From contig CAVSAC010000014.1 in assembly GCA_963725865.1 (NCBI GenBank), positions 485,422-549,421 of the forward strand: 64,000 nt of DNA, given 5' to 3'. Position 1 is the stretch's first letter. The number at the start of each line of letters is the position of its first letter. The stretch comes from Candidatus Eiseniibacteriota bacterium (lineage in GTDB: Bacteria; Eisenbacteria; RBG-16-71-46). A program made the position numbers and the translations under genes. This document shows positions 29,524 through 39,475 of this stretch, in pieces. Below the pieces are notes generated by a model that was not told where the DNA came from, made no database searches, and saw nothing but the letters and a program-made list of their open reading frames with translations.

Positions 29524-31560
29524 CTATAGCATCGGCTCGATGGGCGCCCGCAGGCGCTGGAACGCGCGGTCCATCTCCACGTGCGTGCCGGTCAGCACCA
29601 GGGTGTCGCCGATCCGCAGCTCGAAGCCGGGCTCGAACGCGGTGATCGCCACGCCTCCACGCACGATCGCGATCGCGCGCGGCCCGCCGGGCCCCGCGAG
29701 CCCGAGCGCCTCCAGGGTGGAGCCGACCGCCGGCGAGTGCTGCAGCAGCAGAAAGGTGTCGGTGGTCCCCTCCGCGAGCAGCGTGTCGAGCTGCGCGATC
29801 ACGTCCACCGGCAGCTTGCGGCCGCGCAGCAGGCTGTAGCGCTCCTGGCGCAGCAGGCGGATCTGCGCGTGGAGGATGTTGGTGGGCACGTGGAACTCGC
29901 GCAGCACCGCCGTGAAGATCTCGATCGAGGTCTCGAACTCCTCGGGCACCACCTGGTCGGCGCCCGCGGCGTAGAGCCCGTCGATCTCGTTCACGTAGCG
30001 CGTGCGCACGATGATGAACACGTCGCGCGAGATCCCGCGGGCGACGCGGCAGACCTGGCGCGTCGCGGTCGGGTCGCTGAGGGCCACCACCAGCACGCGC
30101 GCCCGCGCCACCCCCGCCTCGCGCAGGATGTCCACCTTGGTCACGTCGCCGGCGAACGCGCGGCTGCCTTCCTGGAGGGCGTCGCGGAGCGCGAGCGCGT
30201 CGAGGTCCACGACCACGTGCTTCACGCGGGTGGCGCGCAGCACGCGCGCGACGTTGTGGCCGTTGAGCCCGAAGCCCGCGATCACGACGTGATCGGCGAG
30301 CGGCGCGGCATGCGGCCCGCCGGCACCGCCGCCGGCCGCGGGTTCGTCCGCAGCGGCGGCCGCGCGTCCGGCGAAACGCCGCTCGAGCGCGAGCGCCCAC
30401 TGCGGCGCGCGCGCGATCAGCAGCGGCGCCGCCAGCAGCGAGAACACCGCGCCGGTGAGAAACGCCTGCCCGCCCGCCACGCCCAGCAACCCAGCCGCAC
30501 CGCCCGCCTGGGCGAGCACGAACGAGAACTCGCCGACCTGCGCGAGCACCACGCCGGCCGCGCCCGCGATCCGCCACGGCATTCCCGTGAGCCGCAGCGC
30601 CAGCACCGCGAGGGCGCCCTTGACGACCACCAGCCCCACCGTGCTGGCCGCCAGCACCAGCGGGGAGCCCAGCAGCGCGCGCGGCTCGAACGACATCCCG
30701 ATCGCGACGAAGAACACGCTCGCGAGCGTGTCGCGGAACGGCAGCACGTCGCTCGTGATGCGATGCCGCAGATCGCTCTCCGCGAGCATCAGGCCAGCGA
30801 GGAACGCGCCGATCGCCAGCGAGACCCCGGCGAGCGACGCGAGCCAGGCGCTGCCGAGCGCGACGAGCAGCACCGCGAACAGGAACGCCTCGCGCGAGGT
30901 GCCACGCGCCGCGCGCCCGATCAGCCACGGGATGCCGCGGCGTGCGACGGCGAGCACCGCCACCGCCGCCACCACCAGCGCGAGCGCCCGGAGCGCGGAA
31001 TCGAGCCTCAGCACGGGCGTGCTGAGCGTGCCGTTCTGCCAGCGCCCGAGCAGCGGTGTGACGAGCGCGATCGGCAGCACCATCAGGTCCTGGAACAGGC
31101 ACACCCCGGTGGCGGCGCGCCCGTGGGGCGCGTTCAGCTCGACGCGATCGGCGAGGGTCTTCAGGACCACCGCGGTGCTCGAGATCGAGACCAGCAGCCC
31201 GAAGAACACGGCCCGTGCGGGATGCAGACCGAACGCCACGAGCACCGCCGCCACCGCGCCGGTCGTGAGCACCGCCTGCAGCGCGCCCCCGACCAGCGCC
31301 GCGCGACCGAGGCGGCGCAGGTCGGCGAGCGAGAATTCGAGCCCGACCGTGAACAGCAGCAGCACCACGCCGAGGTCGGCCAGCGTGTGCACCAGCCGCT
31401 CGTCGCGGACCAGCCCGAACCCGCCCGGGCCGATCAGGATGCCCGTGACGATGAACCCGATCAGCGCTGGAACCCGCAGCCGCTGGAACAGCAGCAGCAC
31501 CGCGAGCGAGGCGCCGGCCAGCAGCAGCAGCTCGCGCAGCACCGGAAGGTCGTGAGTCAT
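29524..31560 (-). CDS. CPA2-family cation:proton antiporter (KefC-like) with TrkA-N and TrkA-C domains
   Basis: 'GVVLLLFTVGLEFS', 'SISSTAVVLK', 'FQD', 'VVIAGFGLNG', C-terminal RCK_C. Confidence 0.93.
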   Translation of the reverse strand: MTHDLPVLRELLLLAGASLAVLLLFQRLRVPALIGFIVTGILIGPGGFGLVRDERLVHTLADLGVVLLLFTVGLEFSLADLRRLGRAALVGGALQAVLTTGAVAAVLVAFGLHPARAVFFGLLVSISSTAVVLKTLADRVELNAPHGRAATGVCLFQDLMVLPIALVTPLLGRWQNGTLSTPVLRLDSALRALALVVAAVAVLAVARRGIPWLIGRAARGTSREAFLFAVLLVALGSAWLASLAGVSLAIGAFLAGLMLAESDLRHRITSDVLPFRDTLASVFFVAIGMSFEPRALLGSPLVLAASTVGLVVVKGALAVLALRLTGMPWRIAGAAGVVLAQVGEFSFVLAQAGGAAGLLGVAGGQAFLTGAVFSLLAAPLLIARAPQWALALERRFAGRAAAAADEPAAGGGAGGPHAAPLADHVVIAGFGLNGHNVARVLRATRVKHVVVDLDALALRDALQEGSRAFAGDVTKVDILREAGVARARVLVVALSDPTATRQVCRVARGISRDVFIIVRTRYVNEIDGLYAAGADQVVPEEFETSIEIFTAVLREFHVPTNILHAQIRLLRQERYSLLRGRKLPVDVIAQLDTLLAEGTTDTFLLLQHSPAVGSTLEALGLAGPGGPRAIAIVRGGVAITAFEPGFELRIGDTLVLTGTHVEMDRAFQRLRAPIEPML

Positions 31561-31807
31561 GGCGTGCCGCAGCATATCCCCGAGCCGACATCGCAAGCGA
31601 GCCGCCCGCGGCCGAAGGGATAGAGCCGCGCGAACGGCACGCTCTCGAGCTCCGCGGGGGTGGGTGCCGGCGGCTCAGCAGGAAGCGATCGTGAGCCGCG
31701 GCGCGGCAGGATGCCGCGCCGCGCGCGAACGCAGCGAAGTCGAGGGCAGGATGCCCGAGACGAAGCGACGCTTCCGGAAGAGCCGCCGGCACCCACCCCC
31801 GCCGCCC

Positions 31808-31860
31808 GCTCGTGCACGAGCCGCGCCAGCTCGTGCACGAGCCGCGCCCGCTCGAGCACC
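31808..31860. repeat. Intergenic 21-bp tandem repeat, each unit carrying the palindrome GCTCGTGCACGAGC
   Basis: GCTCGTGCACGAGCCGCGCCA / GCTCGTGCACGAGCCGCGCCC / degenerate third unit. Confidence 0.8.
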
Positions 31861-31899
31861 CGCCCGTTCACCCGCGCCCAAGCGCCCGTGCACCAGCGG

Positions 31900-33264
31900 C
31901 TACTTCGCCAGCTCCTCGTACAGATACGCGCACGACTTCGTCCCGCCATGGAACGACGTCAGCGAGAACTTCTCGTTCGGCGCGTGGATCTGGTCGTCGG
32001 CGAGACCGAAGCCCATCAGGATGCTCGGCAGCCCGTGGGTCTTCTGGAACGTGGTCATCACCGGGATCGAGCCGCCCTCGCGGATCATCGCCGCCGGCTT
32101 GCTCCAGGCGCGGTCGAGCGCGCGCTTGGCCTTGAGCAGCATCGGCTCGTCGTAGGCGGTGATGAACGGCGGGGCGCCGTGCATGTCGATGACCTTCACC
32201 GTCACGCCCGGAGGCGCCACCTGCTTCACGTACGCCGCGTACTTCGGGAACAGCGCGGCGGGGTCCTGGCCCGGCACCAGGCGGAAGCTCACCTTGGCGG
32301 CGGCGAACGAGGGCAGCACGGTCTTGGCGCCCTCGCCGATGTAGCCGCTCCACATGCCGTTCACGTCGCAGGTGGGCCGGCACCAGATGCGCTCGAGCGT
32401 GCTCCAGCCCTTCTCGCCGAATGCCTGGGGGGCACCGCTCTCCTGGATGAAGCCGGCCTCGTCGAAGGGCGCCCGCGCGATGACCTTGCGTTCGTCCTCC
32501 GACACCGCGAGCACGCCGTCATAGAAGCCCGGCACGCGGATGCGCCCGTCGGCGTCCTTGAGCGCGGCGACGATGGTGGCGAGTGCGTTGGCGGGGTTCA
32601 TCACGGAGCCGCCGAACTCGCCCGAGTGCAGGTCGCGCGCCGGACCGGTGACCTCGATCTGCGTGTACATGAGCCCGCGCAGCGCGTAGCAGAGCGCCGG
32701 CTGGTCGGGCCCCAGCATCCCGGTGTCCGAGACCACGATGACGTCGGCGTCGAGCATCTGGCGGTGCTTCACCAGGAACTTCTCGAGGTTGTCGCTGCCG
32801 ACCTCCTCTTCGCCTTCGATCACCATCCGGAGGTTGACCGGCAGGCCGCCGTTCACCTGCATGTGCGCCTCGATCGCGCTCAGGTGCATGTAGACCTGTC
32901 CCTTGTCGTCGCACGCGCCGCGCGCGTAGAGCTTGCCGTCGCGCAACGTCGGCTCGAACGGCGGACTGGTCCATAGCTCGAGCGGCTCCGGCGGCTGCAC
33001 GTCGTAGTGCCCGTACAGCAGCACCGTGGGCTTGCCGGGCGCACCCATCCACTCCGCGAACACGACCGGGTGGCCGTCGGTGGGCATCACCTCGGCGCGC
33101 GTCATGCCGATGCGCTTGAGGTGCGCGACCAGGTGCTCGGCGCAACGCAGCATGTCGGGCCGGTGCTCGGCCTTCGCGCTCACGCTCGGGATCCGCAGCA
33201 CGGTCTTGAGGTTCTCGAGGAAGCGATCGCGGTTTTGTTCGAGATAGGTATCCAACGCGGACAT
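31900..33264 (-). CDS. M20 family dipeptidase
   Basis: 'LLYGHYDVQP', 'ARGACDDKGQ', 'EGEEEVGS', 'DLHSG', 'IHAPNE'. Confidence 0.95.
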   Translation of the reverse strand: MSALDTYLEQNRDRFLENLKTVLRIPSVSAKAEHRPDMLRCAEHLVAHLKRIGMTRAEVMPTDGHPVVFAEWMGAPGKPTVLLYGHYDVQPPEPLELWTSPPFEPTLRDGKLYARGACDDKGQVYMHLSAIEAHMQVNGGLPVNLRMVIEGEEEVGSDNLEKFLVKHRQMLDADVIVVSDTGMLGPDQPALCYALRGLMYTQIEVTGPARDLHSGEFGGSVMNPANALATIVAALKDADGRIRVPGFYDGVLAVSEDERKVIARAPFDEAGFIQESGAPQAFGEKGWSTLERIWCRPTCDVNGMWSGYIGEGAKTVLPSFAAAKVSFRLVPGQDPAALFPKYAAYVKQVAPPGVTVKVIDMHGAPPFITAYDEPMLLKAKRALDRAWSKPAAMIREGGSIPVMTTFQKTHGLPSILMGFGLADDQIHAPNEKFSLTSFHGGTKSCAYLYEELAK

Positions 33265-33445
33265 GGCTGACTCCGGGATGAGAGGTGGAGTGGAACGACG
33301 CGCGCGACTCTACCGCCCGGCCGGTGCAGGTGCCAGCACCGGCACCGCGCGGCGCGCGGCGGACCGCGGCGCGGGCTCTTGTCAGGGCCCGCATCATCTG
33401 CCACCATCGCGGCCGCTTCCTTTCCAGACCCCCTGCACGAGGACC

Positions 33446-33655
33446 ATGCACATCCGCATCCTGCGCAACGAGTGCTGCGGCAATGGCGAGTGCGTCGCCA
33501 TCGCGCCCGACGTGTTCGCGCTCGACAGCAAGAACAAGGTGGTCGTCCTCGACGCCAATGCCGCCACGCCCGACGTGGTGCTCGAAGCGGCGGTGGCCTG
33601 CCCCTGCCAGGCGATCGTGCTCGAGGACGACGACGGCAAAGCGGTTCATCCCTAG
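33446..33655 (+). CDS. Ferredoxin (single cluster)
   Basis: 'CCGNGECVAIAPDVF ... AAVACPCQAI'. Confidence 0.9.
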   Translation: MHIRILRNECCGNGECVAIAPDVFALDSKNKVVVLDANAATPDVVLEAAVACPCQAIVLEDDDGKAVHP

Positions 33656-33674
33656 CCGCGGCGCCGCTTCCCCG

Positions 33675-34076
33675 ATGACGGTCGCACTCCACCTCACCCT
33701 GCTGCCCGCGCGGTTCGCGGTCTGCCGGCTGGCGCCCGAGGCCCCGATCCCGGCGTGGGTGTTCGCGGCCGACGCGGCACTCTGGTCGATCACGCGCACC
33801 CGCGCGGAGACCTCGATCGTGGTCGAAGAGGCCGGCGTGCCCCCGAGCGTGGAGGTGGTCGAGCCGGGCTGGCGGGCGCTGGCGCTGCGCGGGCCGATCC
33901 CGTTCGCCACCACCGGGGTGATCGCCGGGCTGGCGGCCCCGCTGGCCGCCGCCGGGGTGCCGGTGTTCGTGCTGTCGACCTACGACACCGATCTGATCCT
34001 GGTGAAGCAGACCGACTTCGAGCGGGCGGCGGCGGCGTTGCGGAGCGCCGGAGTCACGGTCGCCGATTCCGTCTGA
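33675..34076 (+). CDS. ACT-domain protein
   Basis: 'SITRTRAETSIV', 'GVIAGLAAPLAAAGVPVFVLSTYDTDLILVK'. Confidence 0.9.
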   Translation: MTVALHLTLLPARFAVCRLAPEAPIPAWVFAADAALWSITRTRAETSIVVEEAGVPPSVEVVEPGWRALALRGPIPFATTGVIAGLAAPLAAAGVPVFVLSTYDTDLILVKQTDFERAAAALRSAGVTVADSV

Positions 34077-34276
34077 AGCCTCCGCCGGGGCCGGGGGCGG
34101 CCCGGCGCGCGGCCGCCGCCCGGGAGTCCCGGAACCACCGGCACCCCAGACTTCCCACGACAGGCCGCCGCGGGCGGGTTACTCTCCTGAGGCGCCGGAC
34201 CCCATCCGGCAACCCCACGTCGGGCGCGACCCCGCGCGCCCCGCATCCTCGGACCGTTTCGCCTGCCGGAGGCATC

Positions 34277-35221
34277 ATGCGTCCCCGCGGCTCGCTCTTC
34301 TGCTTCGCCCTGCTCCTCGCGCTCGCGGCGGCGCCCGCGTTCGCGGCGCCCGGTTCCGGCGACCTCTACGTCATCTCGCAGTCGGCGACCGCTCAGCGCG
34401 TGGTGCGCATCGATCCCACCACCGGGGCGCAGCAGCTGGTTTCGGCCAACGGCCTGCTGACGCTGGTCGAGACCATCGCGCAGGGGCCCGACGGCTATCT
34501 CTACGTGCAGAACCCGACCGAGATCATCCGCATCGACCCGTGCAGCGGCGCCCAGAGCCTGCTGGCTCCCAACCTCTCGACCGTGACCGGCTTCAACGCC
34601 ATGGCCGCGCACTCGGACGGCTTCCTCTACTACACGTCCAACGGCGGCGGGGTCGGCAAGGTGGTGCGGCTGGACGTCGGCAGCGGCGCACAGACGATCG
34701 TCTCGAGCGGCGGCCAGTTCGCGACGCTGTACGGGATCGTGGAGGGACCCGATCACGCGCTCTACATCGCCAGCTACAGCAGCACCGCGACGCCGTGCGT
34801 GATCCGCGTCGACCGCAGCTCCGGGGCGCAGACCGTCGTCACCACCTCGCCGCCGGGCCTCAAGCCGTGGGGCGTGACGTTCGACGTGCGCGACACCCTC
34901 TACACCCTCTCGACCGCCGACCGTCGCGTGTTCCGCGTCGACGGCCTGTCGGGCGCGAGCGGGCCGCTGACGTCGCCGGACGGCTATCCGGTGTTCTGGC
35001 TGGTCGCGCACGCGGACGGCGCGCTCTACTACACTCACGGCAACACGGTGCTGCTGCAGGGCGAGGTGATGCGCGTGGACCCGCTCACCGGCGCCACCAC
35101 GCTGTGCTCGAGCGCCGGCCTGCTGGGCCTCTCCGGATTCAACCTCACGGTCGCGCACGCCGCGTGCGCGACGCCGGCCGAGCGGCCGACGTGGGGCGAG
35201 TTGAAGTCGCGCTACCGTTAG
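34277..35221 (+). CDS. Secreted beta-propeller protein ending in the motif TWGELKSRYR
   Basis: Signal peptide; repeated 'V.RxDPxTGAQ' and 'GPDGxLY' blades. Confidence 0.75.
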   Translation: MRPRGSLFCFALLLALAAAPAFAAPGSGDLYVISQSATAQRVVRIDPTTGAQQLVSANGLLTLVETIAQGPDGYLYVQNPTEIIRIDPCSGAQSLLAPNLSTVTGFNAMAAHSDGFLYYTSNGGGVGKVVRLDVGSGAQTIVSSGGQFATLYGIVEGPDHALYIASYSSTATPCVIRVDRSSGAQTVVTTSPPGLKPWGVTFDVRDTLYTLSTADRRVFRVDGLSGASGPLTSPDGYPVFWLVAHADGALYYTHGNTVLLQGEVMRVDPLTGATTLCSSAGLLGLSGFNLTVAHAACATPAERPTWGELKSRYR

Positions 35222-35252
35222 GCGCGCGGGGCGCGGCCGGGCCGCGCCCTCC

Positions 35253-36320
35253 TCAACCGCCGCCGCTCGGGGCCGCGAGCCCCTTGCCGGTGCGCAACTG
35301 CTCGAGGATCGACTCCAGCACCGCGCGGCTCGGGCGCACGCGCTCGAGCGGCAGCCGGGCGAGCGGGGTCTCGACCAGTTGCATCTCCTCGGTGAACGGG
35401 CGGCTCGCGGGATCCACGTAGAGCAGCCCGGTCACCAGCCGCCCCTCGCGGCGCGCCTCGTGCAGCGTTTCGATCGCGTGGTCGCGGTCGGTGGGGTCAT
35501 AGTCCTCGGCCAGCTTCTTCAGCACGATGTTGGACCCGTCGGGCATGGTGACTTCGCGGCTCTCGCCGGGCGCGTACTCGACGTGGATGTCCTCGAAGTA
35601 CGGGACGTAGTCGATGTCGTGCAGCGGCGCGTCGTGCTCCTTCACGTGGGCGTACGACTTGGTCGAGCCCTCGTGGTCGGCGAACGTGACGCACGGGCTG
35701 ATCACGTCGAGCACCGCGGTGCCGCGGTGCGCGAACGCGGCCTTGAGCAGCGGCCGCAGCTGCTTCTGGTCGCCCGAGAACGAGCGCGCGACGAACGAGC
35801 AGCCGAGCTCGATCGCGAGCGCGCACAGGTCGATCGGCATGAGGCGGTTCGCCTCGCCGCCTTTGCGGGTGCTGCCGATGTCGGCGGTGGCGGAGAACTG
35901 GCCCTTGGTCAGGCCGTACACGCCGTTGTTCTCGACGATGTACACCACCGGCACGTTGCGGCGCACCAGGTGCACGAAGTGGCCCATGCCGATGCTGGCC
36001 GTGTCGCCGTCGCCGGAGACGCCGATGAGCAGCAGGTCGCGCTGCGCGACGTGGACGCCGGTCGCGATGGTGGGCATGCGCCCGTGCACGGCGTTGAAGC
36101 CGTGCGACGTGCCGAGGAAGTAGGCGGGCGTCTTGCTCGAGCAGCCGATGCCCGAGAGCTTCGCGACGCGGTGGGGTTCGAGCCCGGCCTCGAACGCGGC
36201 CTGGATGATCCCCGACGTGATCGCGTTGTGCCCGCAGCCCGGACACAGCGTGGTCTTCGAGCCGTCGTAGTCGGCCCGGGTCAGCCCGACGCGGTTGCGC
36301 GGGACGGTCGGCTCGCTCAT
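35253..36320 (-). CDS. korB: 2-oxoacid:ferredoxin oxidoreductase beta subunit
   Basis: 'LCPGCGH', 'SGIGCSS', 'VSGDGD', 'NNGVYGLTKGQFS'. Substrate specificity not determined. Confidence 0.93.
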   Translation of the reverse strand: MSEPTVPRNRVGLTRADYDGSKTTLCPGCGHNAITSGIIQAAFEAGLEPHRVAKLSGIGCSSKTPAYFLGTSHGFNAVHGRMPTIATGVHVAQRDLLLIGVSGDGDTASIGMGHFVHLVRRNVPVVYIVENNGVYGLTKGQFSATADIGSTRKGGEANRLMPIDLCALAIELGCSFVARSFSGDQKQLRPLLKAAFAHRGTAVLDVISPCVTFADHEGSTKSYAHVKEHDAPLHDIDYVPYFEDIHVEYAPGESREVTMPDGSNIVLKKLAEDYDPTDRDHAIETLHEARREGRLVTGLLYVDPASRPFTEEMQLVETPLARLPLERVRPSRAVLESILEQLRTGKGLAAPSGGG

Positions 36321-38143
36321 CGCACCACTCCTTCCGCGGCCGCGGCCCCGGCCACCGTGCGCCCTTCGGCCCGCAGGATCTGTTCGGTCACGCTCGCGGC
36401 GTCGATCGGCAGCCCGTCGTAGTGCCGCACCGAGCGCACGCGCGGTGCGTGCGCGCCGGCCTCGAGCGCGACCAGTTGCGCCATCTGGCCGTCGCGGTTC
36501 TGCTCCACCACGTACACGCGCGGGTACTTCGCGAGGAAGGCCGCGAGGTGCGAGGTGAACGGCAGCGCCTTCACCAGCAGGTAGCCAGTCGGCAGGCCCG
36601 CGGCGCGCAGTTGGTCGCGCGCCTCGACCATCGCCCAATGCGTGGACCCCCACGCGATCAGTCCGATCCCGGCGCCCTCGTCCTCGTCCAGCAGCGGCGG
36701 CGGCACCAGCGTGCGCGCGGTCTCCAGCTTCCGCGCGAGCCGGTCCATGACACGCACGTAGGCCTCGGGGCTCTCGGTGTAGTGCGCCGCCTCGTCGTGG
36801 CCCGAGCCGCGCGTGAAGTAGGCGCCTTTGGAGTCCTTCACCCCCGGCAGCGTGCGGAACGGGATCGCGTCGCCGTCGACGTCGCGATAGCGCTCGAATT
36901 TCGGCAGCGCGGCGAGCTGTTCGTCGGTGAGCACCTTGCCGCGGTCCCACGGGCGCTCCGGATACGCGAACGGCTCGGCCACCCAGTTGTTCATGCCGAG
37001 GTCGAGGTCGGAGAGCACGAACACCGGGGTCTGCAGGCGCTCGGCCAGGTCGAACGCCCGGTACCCGAACTCGAAGCAGTCCTCGACCGACGACGGCAGC
37101 AGCACCGGGTGCCGCGTGTCGCCGTGCGAGAGGCCGTGGACGAACGTCAGGTCGGCCTGCGAGGTGCGCGTCGGCAGGCCGGTGCTGGGACCGATGCGCT
37201 GGATGTCCCACACCACGGCCGGGATCTCGGCGTAGTAGCCGTAGCCGGTGAACTCGGCCATCAGCGAGATGCCGGGGCCCGACGTGGAGGTCATCGCTCG
37301 CGCGCCCGCCCAGCCGGCGCCCAGCACCATGCCGATCGCGGCGATCTCGTCCTCGGCCTGCACGACGGCGTAGGTGGCGCGGCCCGTCGCGGGGTCGCGC
37401 CGATGGCGATCGAGGTAGCCCGCGAGCGCCTCGACCAGGCTGGAGGAGGGCGTGATCGGGTACCACGTCACGACCGTCACGCCGCCGAACATCGCGCCGA
37501 GCGCGGCCGCGGTGTTGCCGTCGACCAGGATCCGGCCCGCGGTGCGGTCCATGCGCTCGAGCACGTAGGGATCGCGCTTCGGCAGGTTCGCCTGCGACCA
37601 CTCCCAGCCCGCGCGCACCGCGGCGTGGTTGAGCGCGATCGCCTTGGGCTTGCCCCCGAGCGCGGCGTCGAGCGCGCGCTCGAGCTCCGCCTCCTCGATG
37701 CCGAGTTTTTCCGCCAGCACCCCGACGTACACCATGTTCGCCACCAGCCGGCGCAGGCGCACCTCGGTGGTGATGGGCTCGACCAGTTTCGCGACCGGCA
37801 CGCGGTACACCGTGCGGTCCGCCGGTGGATCCGGGAGCTGGATCGCGTCGTTGAGCACGATCATCGAGCCCGGCGGCATCGCGTTCACGTCGGCGGCGGC
37901 GGTCTCGGGGTTCATCACCACGAGGATCTCGTGCTCGCGGCGGCGCGCCACGTAGCCGGCGCGGCTCACGCGGATCGTGAACCACGTCGGCAGCCCGGCG
38001 ATGTTCGAGGGGAACAGGTTCTTGCCGCTGACCGGGATGCCCATCTGGAGGATGGCGCGCAGCAGCACGCTGTTCGCGGTCTGGCTCCCGGAGCCGTTCA
38101 CGGTGGCGACCTGGATGCTGAAGTCGTTGACGACGCGGTTCAC
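36317..38143 (-). CDS. korA: 2-oxoacid:ferredoxin oxidoreductase alpha subunit (gamma-alpha fusion type)
   Basis: GTG start; 'NGSGSQ', 'YPITPSS', 'QAEDEIAA', 'TSGPGISLM', 'GPSTGLPTR'. Confidence 0.93.
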   Translation of the reverse strand: MNRVVNDFSIQVATVNGSGSQTANSVLLRAILQMGIPVSGKNLFPSNIAGLPTWFTIRVSRAGYVARRREHEILVVMNPETAAADVNAMPPGSMIVLNDAIQLPDPPADRTVYRVPVAKLVEPITTEVRLRRLVANMVYVGVLAEKLGIEEAELERALDAALGGKPKAIALNHAAVRAGWEWSQANLPKRDPYVLERMDRTAGRILVDGNTAAALGAMFGGVTVVTWYPITPSSSLVEALAGYLDRHRRDPATGRATYAVVQAEDEIAAIGMVLGAGWAGARAMTSTSGPGISLMAEFTGYGYYAEIPAVVWDIQRIGPSTGLPTRTSQADLTFVHGLSHGDTRHPVLLPSSVEDCFEFGYRAFDLAERLQTPVFVLSDLDLGMNNWVAEPFAYPERPWDRGKVLTDEQLAALPKFERYRDVDGDAIPFRTLPGVKDSKGAYFTRGSGHDEAAHYTESPEAYVRVMDRLARKLETARTLVPPPLLDEDEGAGIGLIAWGSTHWAMVEARDQLRAAGLPTGYLLVKALPFTSHLAAFLAKYPRVYVVEQNRDGQMAQLVALEAGAHAPRVRSVRHYDGLPIDAASVTEQILRAEGRTVAGAAAAEGVVR

Positions 38144-39180
38144 GCTGGGTTCTCTCCGTCGGCGCCGCCCGTCGGGCGGCCGCCGGCACTCGGGGGGGCC
38201 GTGTAGAGGTCGGTCATGGTCACGCGCTGGGGCCGCCGCACGTGGAGGTAGGCGGAGTTCGCCGCCACCGCTCCCTCGCCGGAAGCCGTGATGAGCAGCT
38301 TGTACTTGCCGGGATACGTCACGATGTCGCCGCAGGCGAACACGCCCGCCAGCGAAGTGCCCATCGAGGCGTCGACCGGGATTTGATTGCCCTCGACCGC
38401 GATGCCCCAGCGCTTCACCGCGTCGAGGTTCACCGCCGCCCCGATGTTGACCACCAGCACGTCGCACGGGATGCGCCGGGGCTCGGCGTCGCCCTTGGTC
38501 TGGACGGTCACCGACTGCAGCACGCCGTCCTGGTGCTCGATCGACTTCACGCGCGTCTCGAGCAGCGCCGGGATCCCGAGCGCCTGGACCGCCTCGAGGT
38601 TCTTCTCCATCCCGGTCAGATGGTCGAGCACCTGCACCAGGTGCACGGTGGCGCCCGCCGCGTGCGCCGCCTGGGCGCTCTCGAGGCCGGAGTCGCCGCC
38701 GCCCACGACCACGACGCGCCGGCCGGCGACCCGCGCGGCCTCCGCCATGCGGTACGTGACGCTCGCCTCCCCCAGCTGCTCCTCGCCCGGCACCCGCAGC
38801 CGCCGGGGCTCGAACGCCCCGCCCCCGATCGCGACGATCACCGCGCCCGCCTCGTGGGTGCGCTGGGTGTCGCTGCCGATGTCGAGGGACGTGAGCTCGA
38901 ACGTGCCGTCGGCGCGCGGCACCAGGTCGAGCACCTTGTGTTCCGGGAGGATCTCGACCCCGAGCCCCAGGGCGTGCTCCACCAGCCGCTCGGCGAGCGC
39001 GCGCGCGACGATGAGGTCGTCGCCGGGCCAGTCGTGAACCGGCTTCTCGCCGTAGACCGAGATCAGCTGTCCGCCGGGACGCGAGGCGTCGAACACCAGC
39101 ACCGACATCCGCCGCATGCGCAGGAACATGCCGGCGGTCAGCCCCGCGGGCCCGCCGCCGATGATCACCACCTCGTGCAA
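38140..39180 (-). CDS. TrxB-fold NAD(P)/FAD oxidoreductase, probable ferredoxin-NADP+ reductase (start approximate)
   Basis: 'IIGGGPAG', 'VYGEKPVHD', 'VGGGDSG', 'GVFACGDI..YPGK'; no CxxC. Confidence 0.85.
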   Translation of the reverse strand: MHEVVIIGGGPAGLTAGMFLRMRRMSVLVFDASRPGGQLISVYGEKPVHDWPGDDLIVARALAERLVEHALGLGVEILPEHKVLDLVPRADGTFELTSLDIGSDTQRTHEAGAVIVAIGGGAFEPRRLRVPGEEQLGEASVTYRMAEAARVAGRRVVVVGGGDSGLESAQAAHAAGATVHLVQVLDHLTGMEKNLEAVQALGIPALLETRVKSIEHQDGVLQSVTVQTKGDAEPRRIPCDVLVVNIGAAVNLDAVKRWGIAVEGNQIPVDASMGTSLAGVFACGDIVTYPGKYKLLITASGEGAVAANSAYLHVRRPQRVTMTDLYTAPPSAGGRPTGGADGENPA

Positions 39181-39475
39181 CCGGCCCGTCCTTTCGAGCA
39201 GCGCTGATGCGGGCGGGGACCATCGGCCGGAGTGTGCCTCCGGCGCGGGCGAAGGGGTCCAGCGCATCCGCGGGAAGTGCCTCCGGCACGGTAAGGGCGC
39301 GCTCGGCGGGCGGTCAAGGCGAGCGGGCGAGCGGCTCCGCGGGCGCCCCGGGCGGGCCCGCGAGCCCCAGGAGCCGGTCCCAGAAGGCCCTCAAGCCCAT
39401 GCCGGATCGTGCCGATGACAGCGGGGTACGGGCCCCGATCCCGGTCCCCCCCGGCCCGAGCAGGGACGCGTCCGA

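Noticed and set aside
31808-31890. Mini-CRISPR array
   Set aside because: The repeats abut with no unique spacers, there are only 2-3 units, and no cas genes.
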